DNA from: an uncultured Actinomycetes bacterium | GTDB lineage: Bacteria; Actinomycetota; Acidimicrobiia; Acidimicrobiales; RAAP-2 | DNA length: 15,255 nt | NCBI GenBank assembly: GCA_903871335.1 | Contig: CAIQGE010000038.1 | Span: forward strand, 1 to 15,255 | Reading direction: 5' to 3' | Shown here: positions 1-7,768 of the stretch, piece by piece | Position numbering within the stretch: the first letter of the stretch is position 1 | Layout of the letters: every line of letters starts with the position of its first letter | Program-made: the position numbers and the translations under genes | The notes under the pieces: generated by a model | Database searches by the model: none | What the model was told of the DNA's origin: nothing | The model's input: the letters and a program-made list of their open reading frames with translations, nothing else

Positions 1-141
1 GGTAGGGTCCGTGATCACGGGGGTTCTTCCAATCTGTAGGTGTAGAGAACCAACAGACTTGCAGAGCCCCCGCTCTTCGCTAACTCCTAAGCCACAACCG
101 ACCGATCAAATCTCAAAACCACGCGCAAATCCGAAGTTCCT
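1..141. repeat. Left terminal inverted repeat: exact reverse complement of 15115..15255 (141/141 identical). Contains the 12-bp perfect palindrome CCGTGATCACGG at 9..20.
   Basis: Base-by-base comparison of 1..141 against the reverse complement of the window end. The match breaks at 142 (a) versus 15114 (g). The short Pro-rich ORFs inside the repeat read inward identically from both ends. Confidence 0.95.
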
Positions 142-248
142 AATAACACTGTGTACGTCCTCCCGTGTCGACGACGCGACAGCCGAAAAATAGATTTTTG
201 CCATGGTACTAAGAACGGCGAGGAGTGCTCTGTCCGCGACGCGGGGGG

Positions 249-2123
249 TCAGGCCTTCGGGACCGCCGAGACCACGACAACCGAACTGGTGCCGGCGACA
301 TTGGTGGCTACCAACGTGATGTGCACCGCTACCTTGGCCGTCAACGCGCTGAAAGTGGCGCTCTTGGCCGAACTCGCTTCGTGGTACGTCTTCGTCGACT
401 TGCCCTGCTTCACGACGACGACGTAGGAACTCGCGGGACCGCCCGACGTAGCGGCCGTCCACTTGAGTGTCACAGACTTCACTCCACCGACCGCGCTGAC
501 GTGGGTGGGCGCCGCGGGCGCATTCACGGCGTTGAAAACAACCGCCGTGCCGGAAAGAACTTGGCCGTCATTACTGATCGAGGTCACCACGTAGGTGTAG
601 GACGTGCCTCCCATGACGGTGGTGTCCACGCAGGTGGTTGAGGAGGTGACGCAGACCGGCGTTCCCTCACCGGTTCGCTTCACGACGTAGGTCGAGATGC
701 CGGTTCCGATGATCGCGGGCGGGGCCCACGAGACGGTGGCACCGTGCGCGGAGGTTTGGGCGACGGTCACTTGCGTCACACCGTGGGGCAGCGCCATGTC
801 GTACTGCCCCACCACGGCCGCTTGCGCCCCGGATTGGTTGGAGACGTAGCCGGAGTACGTGCAGACGTAGGACGATACGCACGACAGCGTGTTGACGTAC
901 ATGTTCAAGGTGATTTGTCCGTCCAGGCCCGGAAGGACATCGGGGGTGTTCCACGCACCGTTGTCGTAGGTCCAAAAACCAGCGGCGTTCCCATTTGAAG
1001 AGGCGTAGTTTCCGGCAACGACACACGTGGTGGCACTGACACATGACAATGACGACGGCGTCTGGTTCACCGCGTTACTCGAATTCGGGCCGAGAGACTC
1101 CATTGCCGAGTTCCACTTCGTGCCGGTCATCGCGTCCACAAACGTCTCGGTGTACGGGAGGGGAGTGTGATTGTTGATGTAGCTGCCGGTGAGAAGACAC
1201 GATGTTGCGGAAAAGCACGTCGAGGAGAGGTGTCGGATAGCTGACGCGTTGCCGTTGGTCGTAGCGTCGCTCGGTAGAGGCAGGGCGACGGGAGTGCCGG
1301 GAACACCACTTGCGACCGGGATGACCATCGGAATTTCCAAGAAGCTGCCGGTCACGCGATATTCACCGAAGATGTTGCAGTCGGTGGTGTCCCAACAGGA
1401 GATCGAATAGGGAACCCAAAGGCCCGGGTCGAGGGAATTCGATGGTGCGGGCAGAACCTGGGGCGCGGCCCAACTCGTCCCGTTCCAAACGTCGTCGAAC
1501 GTCGCCACCGTGCTGTTCGCGGTGTCGTATTGACCAACGAGCAGGCAGAAGTTCGATGTCGTGCACTTGACGGTCAAGACATCACTGTGCGACGAGGAAC
1601 TCGCCGAGAGGTTGTTCGGGAGGGGCACATTCGTGACGAGCGCGTTGGGAATCCAGGCAATCGCGGCGGTCGTGGAAATTGTCAGAGTCGTGACGAAGGG
1701 GCGCAAACGTCCACCGGTGGTGTAACTACCGACCACCCAGCACGTGATGCCGGCGACGCACGAAATATCCGATGCCGTGACTGGGGTCGCGGTGGAGTTC
1801 GTCGCGTCGAGTGGACCTTCGATGCGCTGCGACGTCAGGACGCTGCCGTTGACGGTCACAACGACGTACGGCCTCGTGATGGCATTGGTGTCCTCGTAGG
1901 AGCCAATGGACATGCACGTCGAGTTGACGCACGACATCTTCGTCAACATTGCGTGGGAGTTGTCCGCTGCTCCACTCGGCAGCAAAGTCAGAGTGGGCAG
2001 GGATATCGTCCCGGTAGCGGCACCGGCACTGGTCACGACCGTGGCGCTCACGCCCGCGGCGAGCATCAGGCTCGCGGCGACGTAGCGCGTCAGACGACGT
2101 CGGATGGCGTATGACGTGTTCAT
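249..2123 (-). CDS. Secreted repeat protein: N-terminal signal peptide, seven ~45-55 aa blades each with a Cys pair (motif S-x-S-C-x4-6-C-x-[AV]-V-G-x-Y), and two C-terminal fibronectin-type-III-like domains. Likely cell-surface or extracellular beta-propeller plus Fn3 protein.
   Basis: The track ORF is 249..2219 (656 aa). An internal ATG at 2121..2123 is preceded by GGAGAAGATC and is followed by MNTSYAIRRRLTRYVAASLMLAAGVSATVVTSAGA, a typical Sec signal peptide. Seven motifs recur, including MSCVNSTCMSIGSY, ISCVAGITCWVVGSY, VKCTTSNFCLLVGQY, SISCWDTTDCNIFGEY, SSTCFSATSCLLTGSY, LSCVSATTCVVAGNY and LSCVSSYVCTYSGY. The C-terminus carries two Fn3-like modules (VSWAPP...YTYVVTSISNDGQVLSG and LKWTAAT...ITLVATNVAGTSS). 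Confidence 0.85.
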   Translation of the reverse strand: MNTSYAIRRRLTRYVAASLMLAAGVSATVVTSAGAATGTISLPTLTLLPSGAADNSHAMLTKMSCVNSTCMSIGSYEDTNAITRPYVVVTVNGSVLTSQRIEGPLDATNSTATPVTASDISCVAGITCWVVGSYTTGGRLRPFVTTLTISTTAAIAWIPNALVTNVPLPNNLSASSSSHSDVLTVKCTTSNFCLLVGQYDTANSTVATFDDVWNGTSWAAPQVLPAPSNSLDPGLWVPYSISCWDTTDCNIFGEYRVTGSFLEIPMVIPVASGVPGTPVALPLPSDATTNGNASAIRHLSSTCFSATSCLLTGSYINNHTPLPYTETFVDAMTGTKWNSAMESLGPNSSNAVNQTPSSLSCVSATTCVVAGNYASSNGNAAGFWTYDNGAWNTPDVLPGLDGQITLNMYVNTLSCVSSYVCTYSGYVSNQSGAQAAVVGQYDMALPHGVTQVTVAQTSAHGATVSWAPPAIIGTGISTYVVKRTGEGTPVCVTSSTTCVDTTVMGGTSYTYVVTSISNDGQVLSGTAVVFNAVNAPAAPTHVSAVGGVKSVTLKWTAATSGGPASSYVVVVKQGKSTKTYHEASSAKSATFSALTAKVAVHITLVATNVAGTSSVVVVSAVPKA

Positions 2124-2240
2124 GATCTTCTCCTGATGTGTCCAGGTTGGCCGGACGTGATTGGCTGGCATGCTAATTCCCGTGACGTGCCAGAGAGCAT
2201 CGCCAGAGGCAACGCTCACGCGTCAGGCCAGCGAAAATCC

Positions 2241-3635
2241 CTACGCCGTTGGTGCGTCGTTTGACGTCACGGACCCTTGAGGCGGGGTCGGTGACGCGGC
2301 GGACGAGTTGGAGATCGTCGTGCTCGTGGCCGACACGCTCTTTCGCAGCGCGTCGTAGATCGTGAGACCTTGTCCGACGATGCCGGAGACAATTTCGGTG
2401 ACTCCTTCGGTGCCGTTGAGCACCGTGAGGTTAGAGCCCTTGATCCCCTCGGCCGCAGCGGTCACGAGTTCGGGCAGTGCGTCGATCAACTTGTTGGCGG
2501 CGATGAGTGCCTGATTGCCTTCAGAGAGAGCGTCGGCGCGCATGTTGATGGCGGCCGCTTCGGCCTCGGCGACCGTGCGCTCGGCGTACGCGTCACCGTC
2601 GGCCTCGTGCTTCTTCGCTTGTGCGTCGGCCTCGGCGCGAATCTTCTCGGCTTCGGCGTTGGCCTCGGCCAATTTACGCAGTCGGTTGGCCTCGGCTTCG
2701 GTCTGGTAGTTGACCGTGTCGCGGCCGGCTTCGGCGATGGTGCGCTGACGGAAGGCGTCCGCTTCGGTCTCGGCTTTCACGCGGTCACGATTCGCATCAG
2801 CGAGGGTACGCGTCTTGTAGGCCTCGGCGTCCGCGGGACGGCGAACTTCGGATTCGAGGCGCTTGTCGGTGAGCTCGGCTTCCTTCTCGGCGAGGATCGT
2901 TTGCTGGGAAATGACGTCCTGGGTCGCCCGGGCCTGCGAGAGAGGTCCGGCCTGGGCGGCCGCGGCCTTGGCTTCTTCGATCTCCGCGTTGAAGCCGGCG
3001 GTCTTGATCTCGGTGTCACGCATGTACTGAGCCTTTAACGCCGCGGCGGTCTGCTCCTGCTGGGTGGCTTCCTGGTCCGCCTTGGCGCTGGCGATACGAG
3101 CCTGCGACGCAATGGCCGCGGCGTGAGGCGCCGCGATGTTGTCGATATAACCGGAGGAGTCTTCGATCTCTTGAATTTGAATCGAGTCAACGACGATGCC
3201 GAGCTTCTCCATCTCGCCGTGGCTGCCGTCCTTCACCTCTTGAGCGAGACGGTCGCGCTCACGAATGATCTCCTCGACGGTCAACGATCCGATGATCGAG
3301 CGAAGGTGACCCGCGAAGATACGGCCCACGAGTTCTTCCATGTTGTTCTGCTCGGCCAAGAAACGTCGAGCGGCGTTCGCAATGGATGCGGCGTCGTCAC
3401 CGATCTTGAAGGCGGCAATGGCGCGCACGTGGAGACGGATTCCCTGGGTCGTGATGCACTCCTCCGTGATCTCGGACTCGCGCAGCGAGAGGGAAAGATA
3501 GCGGGCCTTTTGCTTGATCGGAATAACGAAGCAACCGTGGCCGGTGACGATGCGAAATTGCGTGTCCTGATCACCGCGACGGGATCCGGAAATGAGCAGC
3601 GCCTCGTTCGGGGCGGGAACGTACCAGAACAGCAT
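2241..3635 (-). CDS. Flotillin-like SPFH/band-7 domain protein (YqiK/FloT type). It has a long Ala/Glu/Lys-rich coiled-coil region and an unusual Ser/Thr/Pro-rich C-terminal tail.
   Basis: The track ORF is 2241..3761. An internal ATG at 3633..3635 is preceded by GAGGAGACATC, an SD 4 nt upstream. It is followed by MLFWYVPAPNEALLISGSRRG...FRIVTGHGCFVIPIKQ...LSLSLRE, the N-terminus typical of bacterial flotillins. The SPFH core is then followed by a long AEAEA/KAE-rich repeat region, as in flotillins. Confidence 0.85.
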   Translation of the reverse strand: MLFWYVPAPNEALLISGSRRGDQDTQFRIVTGHGCFVIPIKQKARYLSLSLRESEITEECITTQGIRLHVRAIAAFKIGDDAASIANAARRFLAEQNNMEELVGRIFAGHLRSIIGSLTVEEIIRERDRLAQEVKDGSHGEMEKLGIVVDSIQIQEIEDSSGYIDNIAAPHAAAIASQARIASAKADQEATQQEQTAAALKAQYMRDTEIKTAGFNAEIEEAKAAAAQAGPLSQARATQDVISQQTILAEKEAELTDKRLESEVRRPADAEAYKTRTLADANRDRVKAETEADAFRQRTIAEAGRDTVNYQTEAEANRLRKLAEANAEAEKIRAEADAQAKKHEADGDAYAERTVAEAEAAAINMRADALSEGNQALIAANKLIDALPELVTAAAEGIKGSNLTVLNGTEGVTEIVSGIVGQGLTIYDALRKSVSATSTTISNSSAASPTPPQGSVTSNDAPTA

Positions 3636-3651
3636 GATGTCTCCTCGAGAG

Positions 3652-3870
3652 TCAGTACGGCGTGACGAGAACGGTGCGACCAGAAATGATCTCCACGACG
3701 ACGACGCGGGAGTTCTTCGTGATCTCCTCGTCCGCCAGGGCCTGATAGGCCTCGACGCCACCGCGAATGGGAATCATGACTTCGCCAGGGCGACCGTCAC
3801 TGATGGGGACCGACACACGGCCAATAGCGCCAACGACTTCTTGGCTCAATTCTTCCGACATGTTGGCCAA
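3652..3870 (-). CDS. Short NfeD-like protein containing only the C-terminal OB-fold beta-barrel, immediately upstream of the flotillin gene (nfeD-floT operon arrangement). No N-terminal membrane segment is present.
   Basis: The 72-aa ORF ends in the ...RVVVVEIISGRTVLVTPY beta-barrel motif typical of NfeD-short (YuaF-like) proteins. A TTG start at 3868..3870 is directly preceded by AAGGAGAT; the ATG three codons in is an alternative start. The gene ends 14 bp before the flotillin start. The yuaF-yuaG/nfeD-floT operon pairing is established knowledge. Confidence 0.6.
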   Translation of the reverse strand: MANMSEELSQEVVGAIGRVSVPISDGRPGEVMIPIRGGVEAYQALADEEITKNSRVVVVEIISGRTVLVTPY

Positions 3871-3924
3871 ATCTCCTTATATTGCTAAGCACCAACGTAG
3901 CCGTCCATCTTCCTTTGGGGCAAG

Positions 3925-3936
3925 GGTGAATTCACC
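3925..3936. promoter_or_regulatory. 12-bp perfect palindrome GGTGAATTCACC in the putative promoter region about 55 bp upstream of the nfeD-floT operon. Candidate operator for a dimeric regulator.
   Basis: Seen directly in the sequence. Its reverse complement is identical to itself. It lies in the 306-bp non-coding gap upstream (minus strand) of the nfeD start. Confidence 0.3.
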
Positions 3937-4176
3937 TCATAAACGGTCTCGAGTTCCGTCGCACCGACTCGAAGTGAAAGTGGCGAGTACGACGACAGTC
4001 ATCGAGTTGACGAGGCGATTGAAATCAGCGCGTCGCGCAGGAGGATTCCCGGACCGAAGGGTTCTGTGGCGTCGGTCGGTCCGCTGATGTCGAAGGTTCG
4101 CGATACCAGCAACGAGGGCGGGTGCCCATCACCTTCGGAACGTTTGGGAGGTGATTTATGGCTGCTGGCTTATGGT

Positions 4177-4458
4177 CTATTTGTCACGAGACCTTCGGAA
4201 GAGCGCGAGCATGACTCCGATCCATAGCGTTAGTGCACTCAGCCACAGCCATCCGGGTGCGTCGAGAACACTTGCGGCGTCAGCGGGTCGGCTGCAGGTT
4301 GAACCGTGACACGCGGACGAGAACGGTGAGATCAATTCGTGGTCGTAGTGATGAAGTGACTTTCCAATGGCGACGACCAGGACGAAGAGGACACATCCCC
4401 AGACGATTGAACACGCCGCGCGAACCATTAAGCGAGCCCGCGCCGCGTTCATGCTCAC
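4177..4458 (-). CDS. Small hypothetical membrane protein with two predicted TM helices and a Cys-containing loop (CHGSTC). It sits 48 bp downstream of the secreted BNR-propeller gene and may be co-transcribed with it.
   Basis: The 93-aa ORF has two hydrophobic stretches (SIVWGCVLFVLVVAIG and WLWLSALTLWIGVMLALF). It has a GTG start with a weak SD; an ATG two codons downstream is an alternative start. I recognise no homology. Confidence 0.3.
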   Translation of the reverse strand: MSMNAARARLMVRAACSIVWGCVLFVLVVAIGKSLHHYDHELISPFSSACHGSTCSRPADAASVLDAPGWLWLSALTLWIGVMLALFRRSRDK

Positions 4459-4506
4459 AAATATATGGACGCCCGCGACTGCAGTCTCTTACATACCGTC
4501 CGCGAT

Positions 4507-5649
4507 CTAGTGGGGCGTACCGCTCTGGGACCACGTGGAACCGGAATTGCGTGAGATCAAGGTTGTCGGGTGATACGGATCATTTCCAATGTCGCCCACC
4601 GCGATGCACGTTGGCAATTGGGCGCACGACAGACCGTTGATGTCCGCGAGATGAGGGGTCGTAACAACGCCGAAATGGACACCATTGCCACTTCCCAAGA
4701 ACTGGGTCAAGTCGGCGTACGACGTTGAAGCGGAATATCCGGTCGCGAAGCAGTGAGCGGCGCCCCAACAACCCACCCAGGCCAGTTGGTCAACGTCACG
4801 GGCGACGGGAACGCTCTTGAAGATTGATCCCGAGACCGTTGACAAGTACGCCACCGACGAAGCGAGGGAAGCGGACACGCCCACCTCGACGCAAAATGCA
4901 GCAGTGACGCACGTGGCACTGGTCAGCATTGAGGCGTGGACGAGGTCGTCGTGATCTAACCACGTGGCACCCCGGTCGGTGGTGGTGGACATGGCGCCCA
5001 CCTGTCCCGATATCTGACCATCCGCACCGACGAGAAGACAGCTTCCTGACGGCAGGCACGACACGCTTTCGGCGATGGAAATATTGAAGGGCAGCGTCTG
5101 GCTGTGCCACGTCTTCCCGCCGTCGAGACTTTGCAGTTCAACACCCGACGTGATCAAGGAGCCGTCGGTGGTTGGCACGTAGTGGAGTCCGGAGGCTTGA
5201 CACCAGGTCGGTGTCGGGCAGGTCACCGAGAGCAGCTTGGAGGCGATCGCGGGAACGGCCACGCGGTGCCAGGTTGCGCCGCCGTCGGCGCTGAGGATAA
5301 TGACACCAGCGGTCACCTTGGTGTTGTAGCCAACGGCGACACACGTCGTGCGGGACGCACACGCCACCGCACTGAATCCACCGGCTCCGGCGGGCACCGT
5401 GACACGCGCCCACGATGCTGAATGATCTTTCGACCGGTAGATGGCGGTACCGGAATTCGATGAGAGACCCACCTGTGCACCGCTCGCGAGGCAGTCAGTA
5501 GTTGACGGGCAGGCGATGGATGTCATGGTGCCATCGAGGGGTGCGACACGCGGTGCGACCGATCTCGCGGTGGCGGCGCCCGACGCAAAGTTCGCGGACG
5601 CGGCTACCGCCAGTATGAGAATTCCCGCCAACCATTTCAATCGCTGCAT
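4507..5649 (-). CDS. Secreted seven-bladed BNR (Asp-box) beta-propeller-like protein. Each blade carries both a Cys pair (S-x-x-C-x5-C-x-A-x-G) and an Asp-box-like motif (S-x-D-G-G-x-T-W). It has a Ycf48-like or sialidase-like propeller architecture.
   Basis: The track ORF is 4507..5733. An internal ATG at 5647..5649 is preceded by GAGGGAGCTTGCA and starts MQRLKWLAGILILAVAASANFASGAATA, a signal peptide. Seven Cys-pair motifs are present: SIACPSTTDCLASG, VACASRTTCVAVG, SVTCPTPTWCQASG, SVSCLPSGSCLLVG, SATCVTAAFCVEVG, VGCWGAAHCFATG and LSCAQLPTCIAVG. Asp-box-like motifs are SADGGATW, SLDGGKTW, TTDRGATW and SRNSGSTW. Confidence 0.8.
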   Translation of the reverse strand: MQRLKWLAGILILAVAASANFASGAATARSVAPRVAPLDGTMTSIACPSTTDCLASGAQVGLSSNSGTAIYRSKDHSASWARVTVPAGAGGFSAVACASRTTCVAVGYNTKVTAGVIILSADGGATWHRVAVPAIASKLLSVTCPTPTWCQASGLHYVPTTDGSLITSGVELQSLDGGKTWHSQTLPFNISIAESVSCLPSGSCLLVGADGQISGQVGAMSTTTDRGATWLDHDDLVHASMLTSATCVTAAFCVEVGVSASLASSVAYLSTVSGSIFKSVPVARDVDQLAWVGCWGAAHCFATGYSASTSYADLTQFLGSGNGVHFGVVTTPHLADINGLSCAQLPTCIAVGDIGNDPYHPTTLISRNSGSTWSQSGTPH

Positions 5650-5779
5650 TGCAAGCTCCCTCTGTTCGAAGTCGTCGGCCGTCTCATTACCGGACAAACG
5701 CAAGATTTCAAATCGGCAACGTCGTGCCATCACTTTGCCACGACCACGCCCGGTCGAGGTTGCGGAAATGTCGAGAAAC

Positions 5780-6301
5780 TCAGTGAGGCGACGTCGTCGA
5801 TGCGCGTCGTGTCGCTCCGCGACCCGGTCGAACAGTCACGTCACGAACGGTGAGGTCGTGTCCTTCCGTGCACCGCACAGAAACGGTTACCGCCGACCCG
5901 CAGGCGCTGTGTGATAACTCGACCGGCGGACCCTCGGGAGCGAGCCACTTGTCGCCCCATTGCATGAGGGCAACGACCGGGACGAAGGCGTCGCGACCCA
6001 TGTCGGTAAGTCGGTAGGCGAGCCTTTCCCGATCGCCGGCGTCTTGGTACGGCACGCGCGTGAGAAGTCCTTCTTCGACGAGGTGTCGTAGTTCATTCGC
6101 GACGACCGGTTCACTCAGTCCCGTCCGCCGAACGAATTCGTCAAAACGCGTGCTTCCGTAATACGCCTCGCGCAGAAGCAACATGTTCGAGCGCTTCCCG
6201 ATCAACTTGACGGCACGGTCCATCGAGCACGCCGCAGCCGACCAGGCGTCGCGATCGTGCAGGGCAGTGGTGAAGCGAACACGGTCGGGTGTGTCAGACA
6301 T
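5780..6301 (-). CDS. HxlR-family (DUF24/MarR-like winged-helix) transcriptional regulator. It has an N-terminal Cys in the position of the redox-sensing Cys of YodB/HypR-type members and an unusual ~55-aa C-terminal extension.
   Basis: The sequence ...AACSMDRAVKLIGKRSNMLLLREAYYGSTRFDEFVRRTGLSEPVVANELRHLVEEGLLTR... is the hallmark HxlR HTH region. The track ORF starts at TTG 6308..6310. I prefer the ATG at 6299..6301 (MSDTPDR), which has TAGGAGAT about 10 nt upstream. The gene is divergent from the MFS gene with only ~40 bp between the start codons. Confidence 0.8.
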   Translation of the reverse strand: MSDTPDRVRFTTALHDRDAWSAAACSMDRAVKLIGKRSNMLLLREAYYGSTRFDEFVRRTGLSEPVVANELRHLVEEGLLTRVPYQDAGDRERLAYRLTDMGRDAFVPVVALMQWGDKWLAPEGPPVELSHSACGSAVTVSVRCTEGHDLTVRDVTVRPGRGATRRASTTSPH

Positions 6302-6341
6302 AACTTGCAATCTCCTAAGTCAGAGCGTAGGGTCTCTCACT

Positions 6342-7766
6342 ATGGAAAGCCTAAGTCATCCGCAGGATCGACCGCGAGCGGTACTGATCGTTCTGTGCGC
6401 CGCCGCCTTCATGGCGTCACTCGATTTGTTCATCGTCAATGTGGCCTTCACCAGTATTGGGCACGACTTCCATCAGCACACGTACGCGAACTTGAGCTGG
6501 ATCCTCAACGGTTACGCCATCATCTATGCCGCTCTCCTCATCCCACTGGGGCGACTCGCCGATCGCTACGGACTGAAGGCTGGATTCCTGCTCGGACTCG
6601 GTGTCTTCACGGCGGCGAGCGTCGGGTGCGCGTTGAGTGGATCGCTATGGATCCTGGTGGGCTTTCGAGTCCTGCAAGCCACGGGAGCCGCCGCGCTCAC
6701 GCCCACGAGTCTCGGGCTTCTTCTGAACGCGTATCCGGCCGAGAAGAGGTCGGGTGCCGTTCGTATCTGGTCCGCCGTCAGCGCCATGGCCGCTGCCATC
6801 GGTCCTGTCATGGGTGGCGTTCTCGTACAGCACTCCTGGCGCTGGGTATTCCTCGTCAATCTGCCGCTGGGCATCGTTGCGCTGATCGCTGCGATCATCG
6901 TTGTTCCCGACCACAAGAACACGACTGAAAGCTTGTTGCCCGACCTCGTGGGGGCCGTGGTTCTCGCGGTGGCCATTGGCGCATTGGCGCTGGGTCTCGT
7001 GAAGGCGCCGGCGTGGGGCTGGACGTCACAGCACACCATCGTGTCCTTCGCCGTCTCCTTCGGCGGGATCATTGTGTTCGCCCTTCAAAGCCGTCGTCAT
7101 CCGGCCCCGGTGATTGATCCCGTCTTACTGAAAGTTCGGACATTTTCGTGGGCCAATGCGACGAGCCTTATGTTCGCCGTGGCGTTCGCGTCGAATCTCC
7201 TGATCGCCATCTTGTGGATGCAGAACATCTGGCACTTCTCGCCGGTTCGGACAGGACTGTCGGTGGCCCCAGGACCATTGATGGTTCCCGGGTTCGCGAT
7301 CTTGGGCGGTCATTTCGTTCGCCGGTATGGTCCCGGACTAGTGACGACCGCCGGTTGTGTGTGCTTCGCCTGCGGCGTCGGGCTCTCGCAATTGCTGTTG
7401 GGCTCCTCGCCGCAGTACTTTTCCGAGATGTTCCCCGCGCAGATCATCACCGGCATCGGCGTCGGCCTCGCGCTGCCCACGATTCTGTCGTCGGCCACGG
7501 CTGATCTTCCTCTCGCCAGGTCCGCGACCGGGAGCGCGATTGTCAACATGAGTCGTCAGATCGGCAGCGTGATCGGTGTGAGTGTGTTGATCGCGTTACT
7601 CGGTACGCCCACCACCTACGCGGCTGCCGCACGTGGCTTCCAACACGCGCGCCTTGCCTGCATTATCGCGGCGCTCGTGGCCGCACTGACGGCGGTCGGA
7701 ATGACCTCGAAGACGTGGTCCAGGATCCCACGCACCGAATCGATGGTGGCCGAGGTGTCCTTGTGA
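6342..7766 (+). CDS. Major facilitator superfamily transporter. Its 14-TMS DHA2 (EmrB/QacA-like) topology suggests a drug or metabolite:H+ antiporter.
   Basis: The track ORF is 6183..7766. The ATG at 6342 (MESLSHPQDRPRAVLIVLCAAAFMASLDLFIVNVAF) lies ~14 aa before TMS1, as is usual. The MFS signature GRLADRYGLK and many hydrophobic helices are present. The stop TGA is immediately followed by cgATG of the next gene. Confidence 0.85.
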   Translation: MESLSHPQDRPRAVLIVLCAAAFMASLDLFIVNVAFTSIGHDFHQHTYANLSWILNGYAIIYAALLIPLGRLADRYGLKAGFLLGLGVFTAASVGCALSGSLWILVGFRVLQATGAAALTPTSLGLLLNAYPAEKRSGAVRIWSAVSAMAAAIGPVMGGVLVQHSWRWVFLVNLPLGIVALIAAIIVVPDHKNTTESLLPDLVGAVVLAVAIGALALGLVKAPAWGWTSQHTIVSFAVSFGGIIVFALQSRRHPAPVIDPVLLKVRTFSWANATSLMFAVAFASNLLIAILWMQNIWHFSPVRTGLSVAPGPLMVPGFAILGGHFVRRYGPGLVTTAGCVCFACGVGLSQLLLGSSPQYFSEMFPAQIITGIGVGLALPTILSSATADLPLARSATGSAIVNMSRQIGSVIGVSVLIALLGTPTTYAAAARGFQHARLACIIAALVAALTAVGMTSKTWSRIPRTESMVAEVSL

Positions 7767-7768
7767 CG

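Noticed and set aside
1-141. Possible tRNA or rRNA fragment as the identity of the terminal repeat (GGTTCTTCCAATC resembles a T-loop at first glance).
   Set aside because: The segment has no cloverleaf-compatible acceptor or anticodon stems. It does not resemble 16S, 23S or 5S termini either.
11-193. ORFs 11..193 (+) and 15000..15245 (-) sharing an identical 44-aa Pro-rich N-terminus (MITGVLPICRCREPTDLQSPRSS...).
   Set aside because: The shared part is simply the terminal inverted repeat read inward. The two ORFs diverge exactly at the repeat boundary and end soon after. They are low-complexity with no RBS, so the identity comes from the DNA repeat and not from a duplicated gene.
2176-2197. 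Sigma-54-like TGGCACG motif on the minus strand upstream of the 249..2123 gene.
   Set aside because: The downstream half does not match the -12 TTGCW element at the required spacing.
1530-3665. Long antisense ORFs inside the Fn3/propeller and flotillin genes (1530..2114 +, 2370..3038 +, 3123..3665 +, 2777..3019 -).
   Set aside because: These are Arg/Gly/Ala-rich translations typical of the wrong strand of high-GC coding DNA. They are fully nested in well-supported genes on the other strand.
3767-4087. 106-aa plus-strand ORF overlapping nfeD and running into the intergenic gap.
   Set aside because: It is Arg-rich and antisense to the NfeD-like gene. It has no SD and no recognisable domain.
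6257-7072. ORFs 6257..6928 (+), 6566..7072 (-) and 6645..6914 (-) inside the MFS gene.
   Set aside because: Frame-shifted or antisense artefacts. The MFS frame gives 14 clean hydrophobic helices; these do not.
7715-7768. Upstream GTG extension of the first thioesterase gene (track start 7715).
   Set aside because: It would overlap the MFS gene by 52 bp. The ATG at 7769 is directly coupled to the MFS stop codon (TGAcgATG) and gives a sensible N-terminus.
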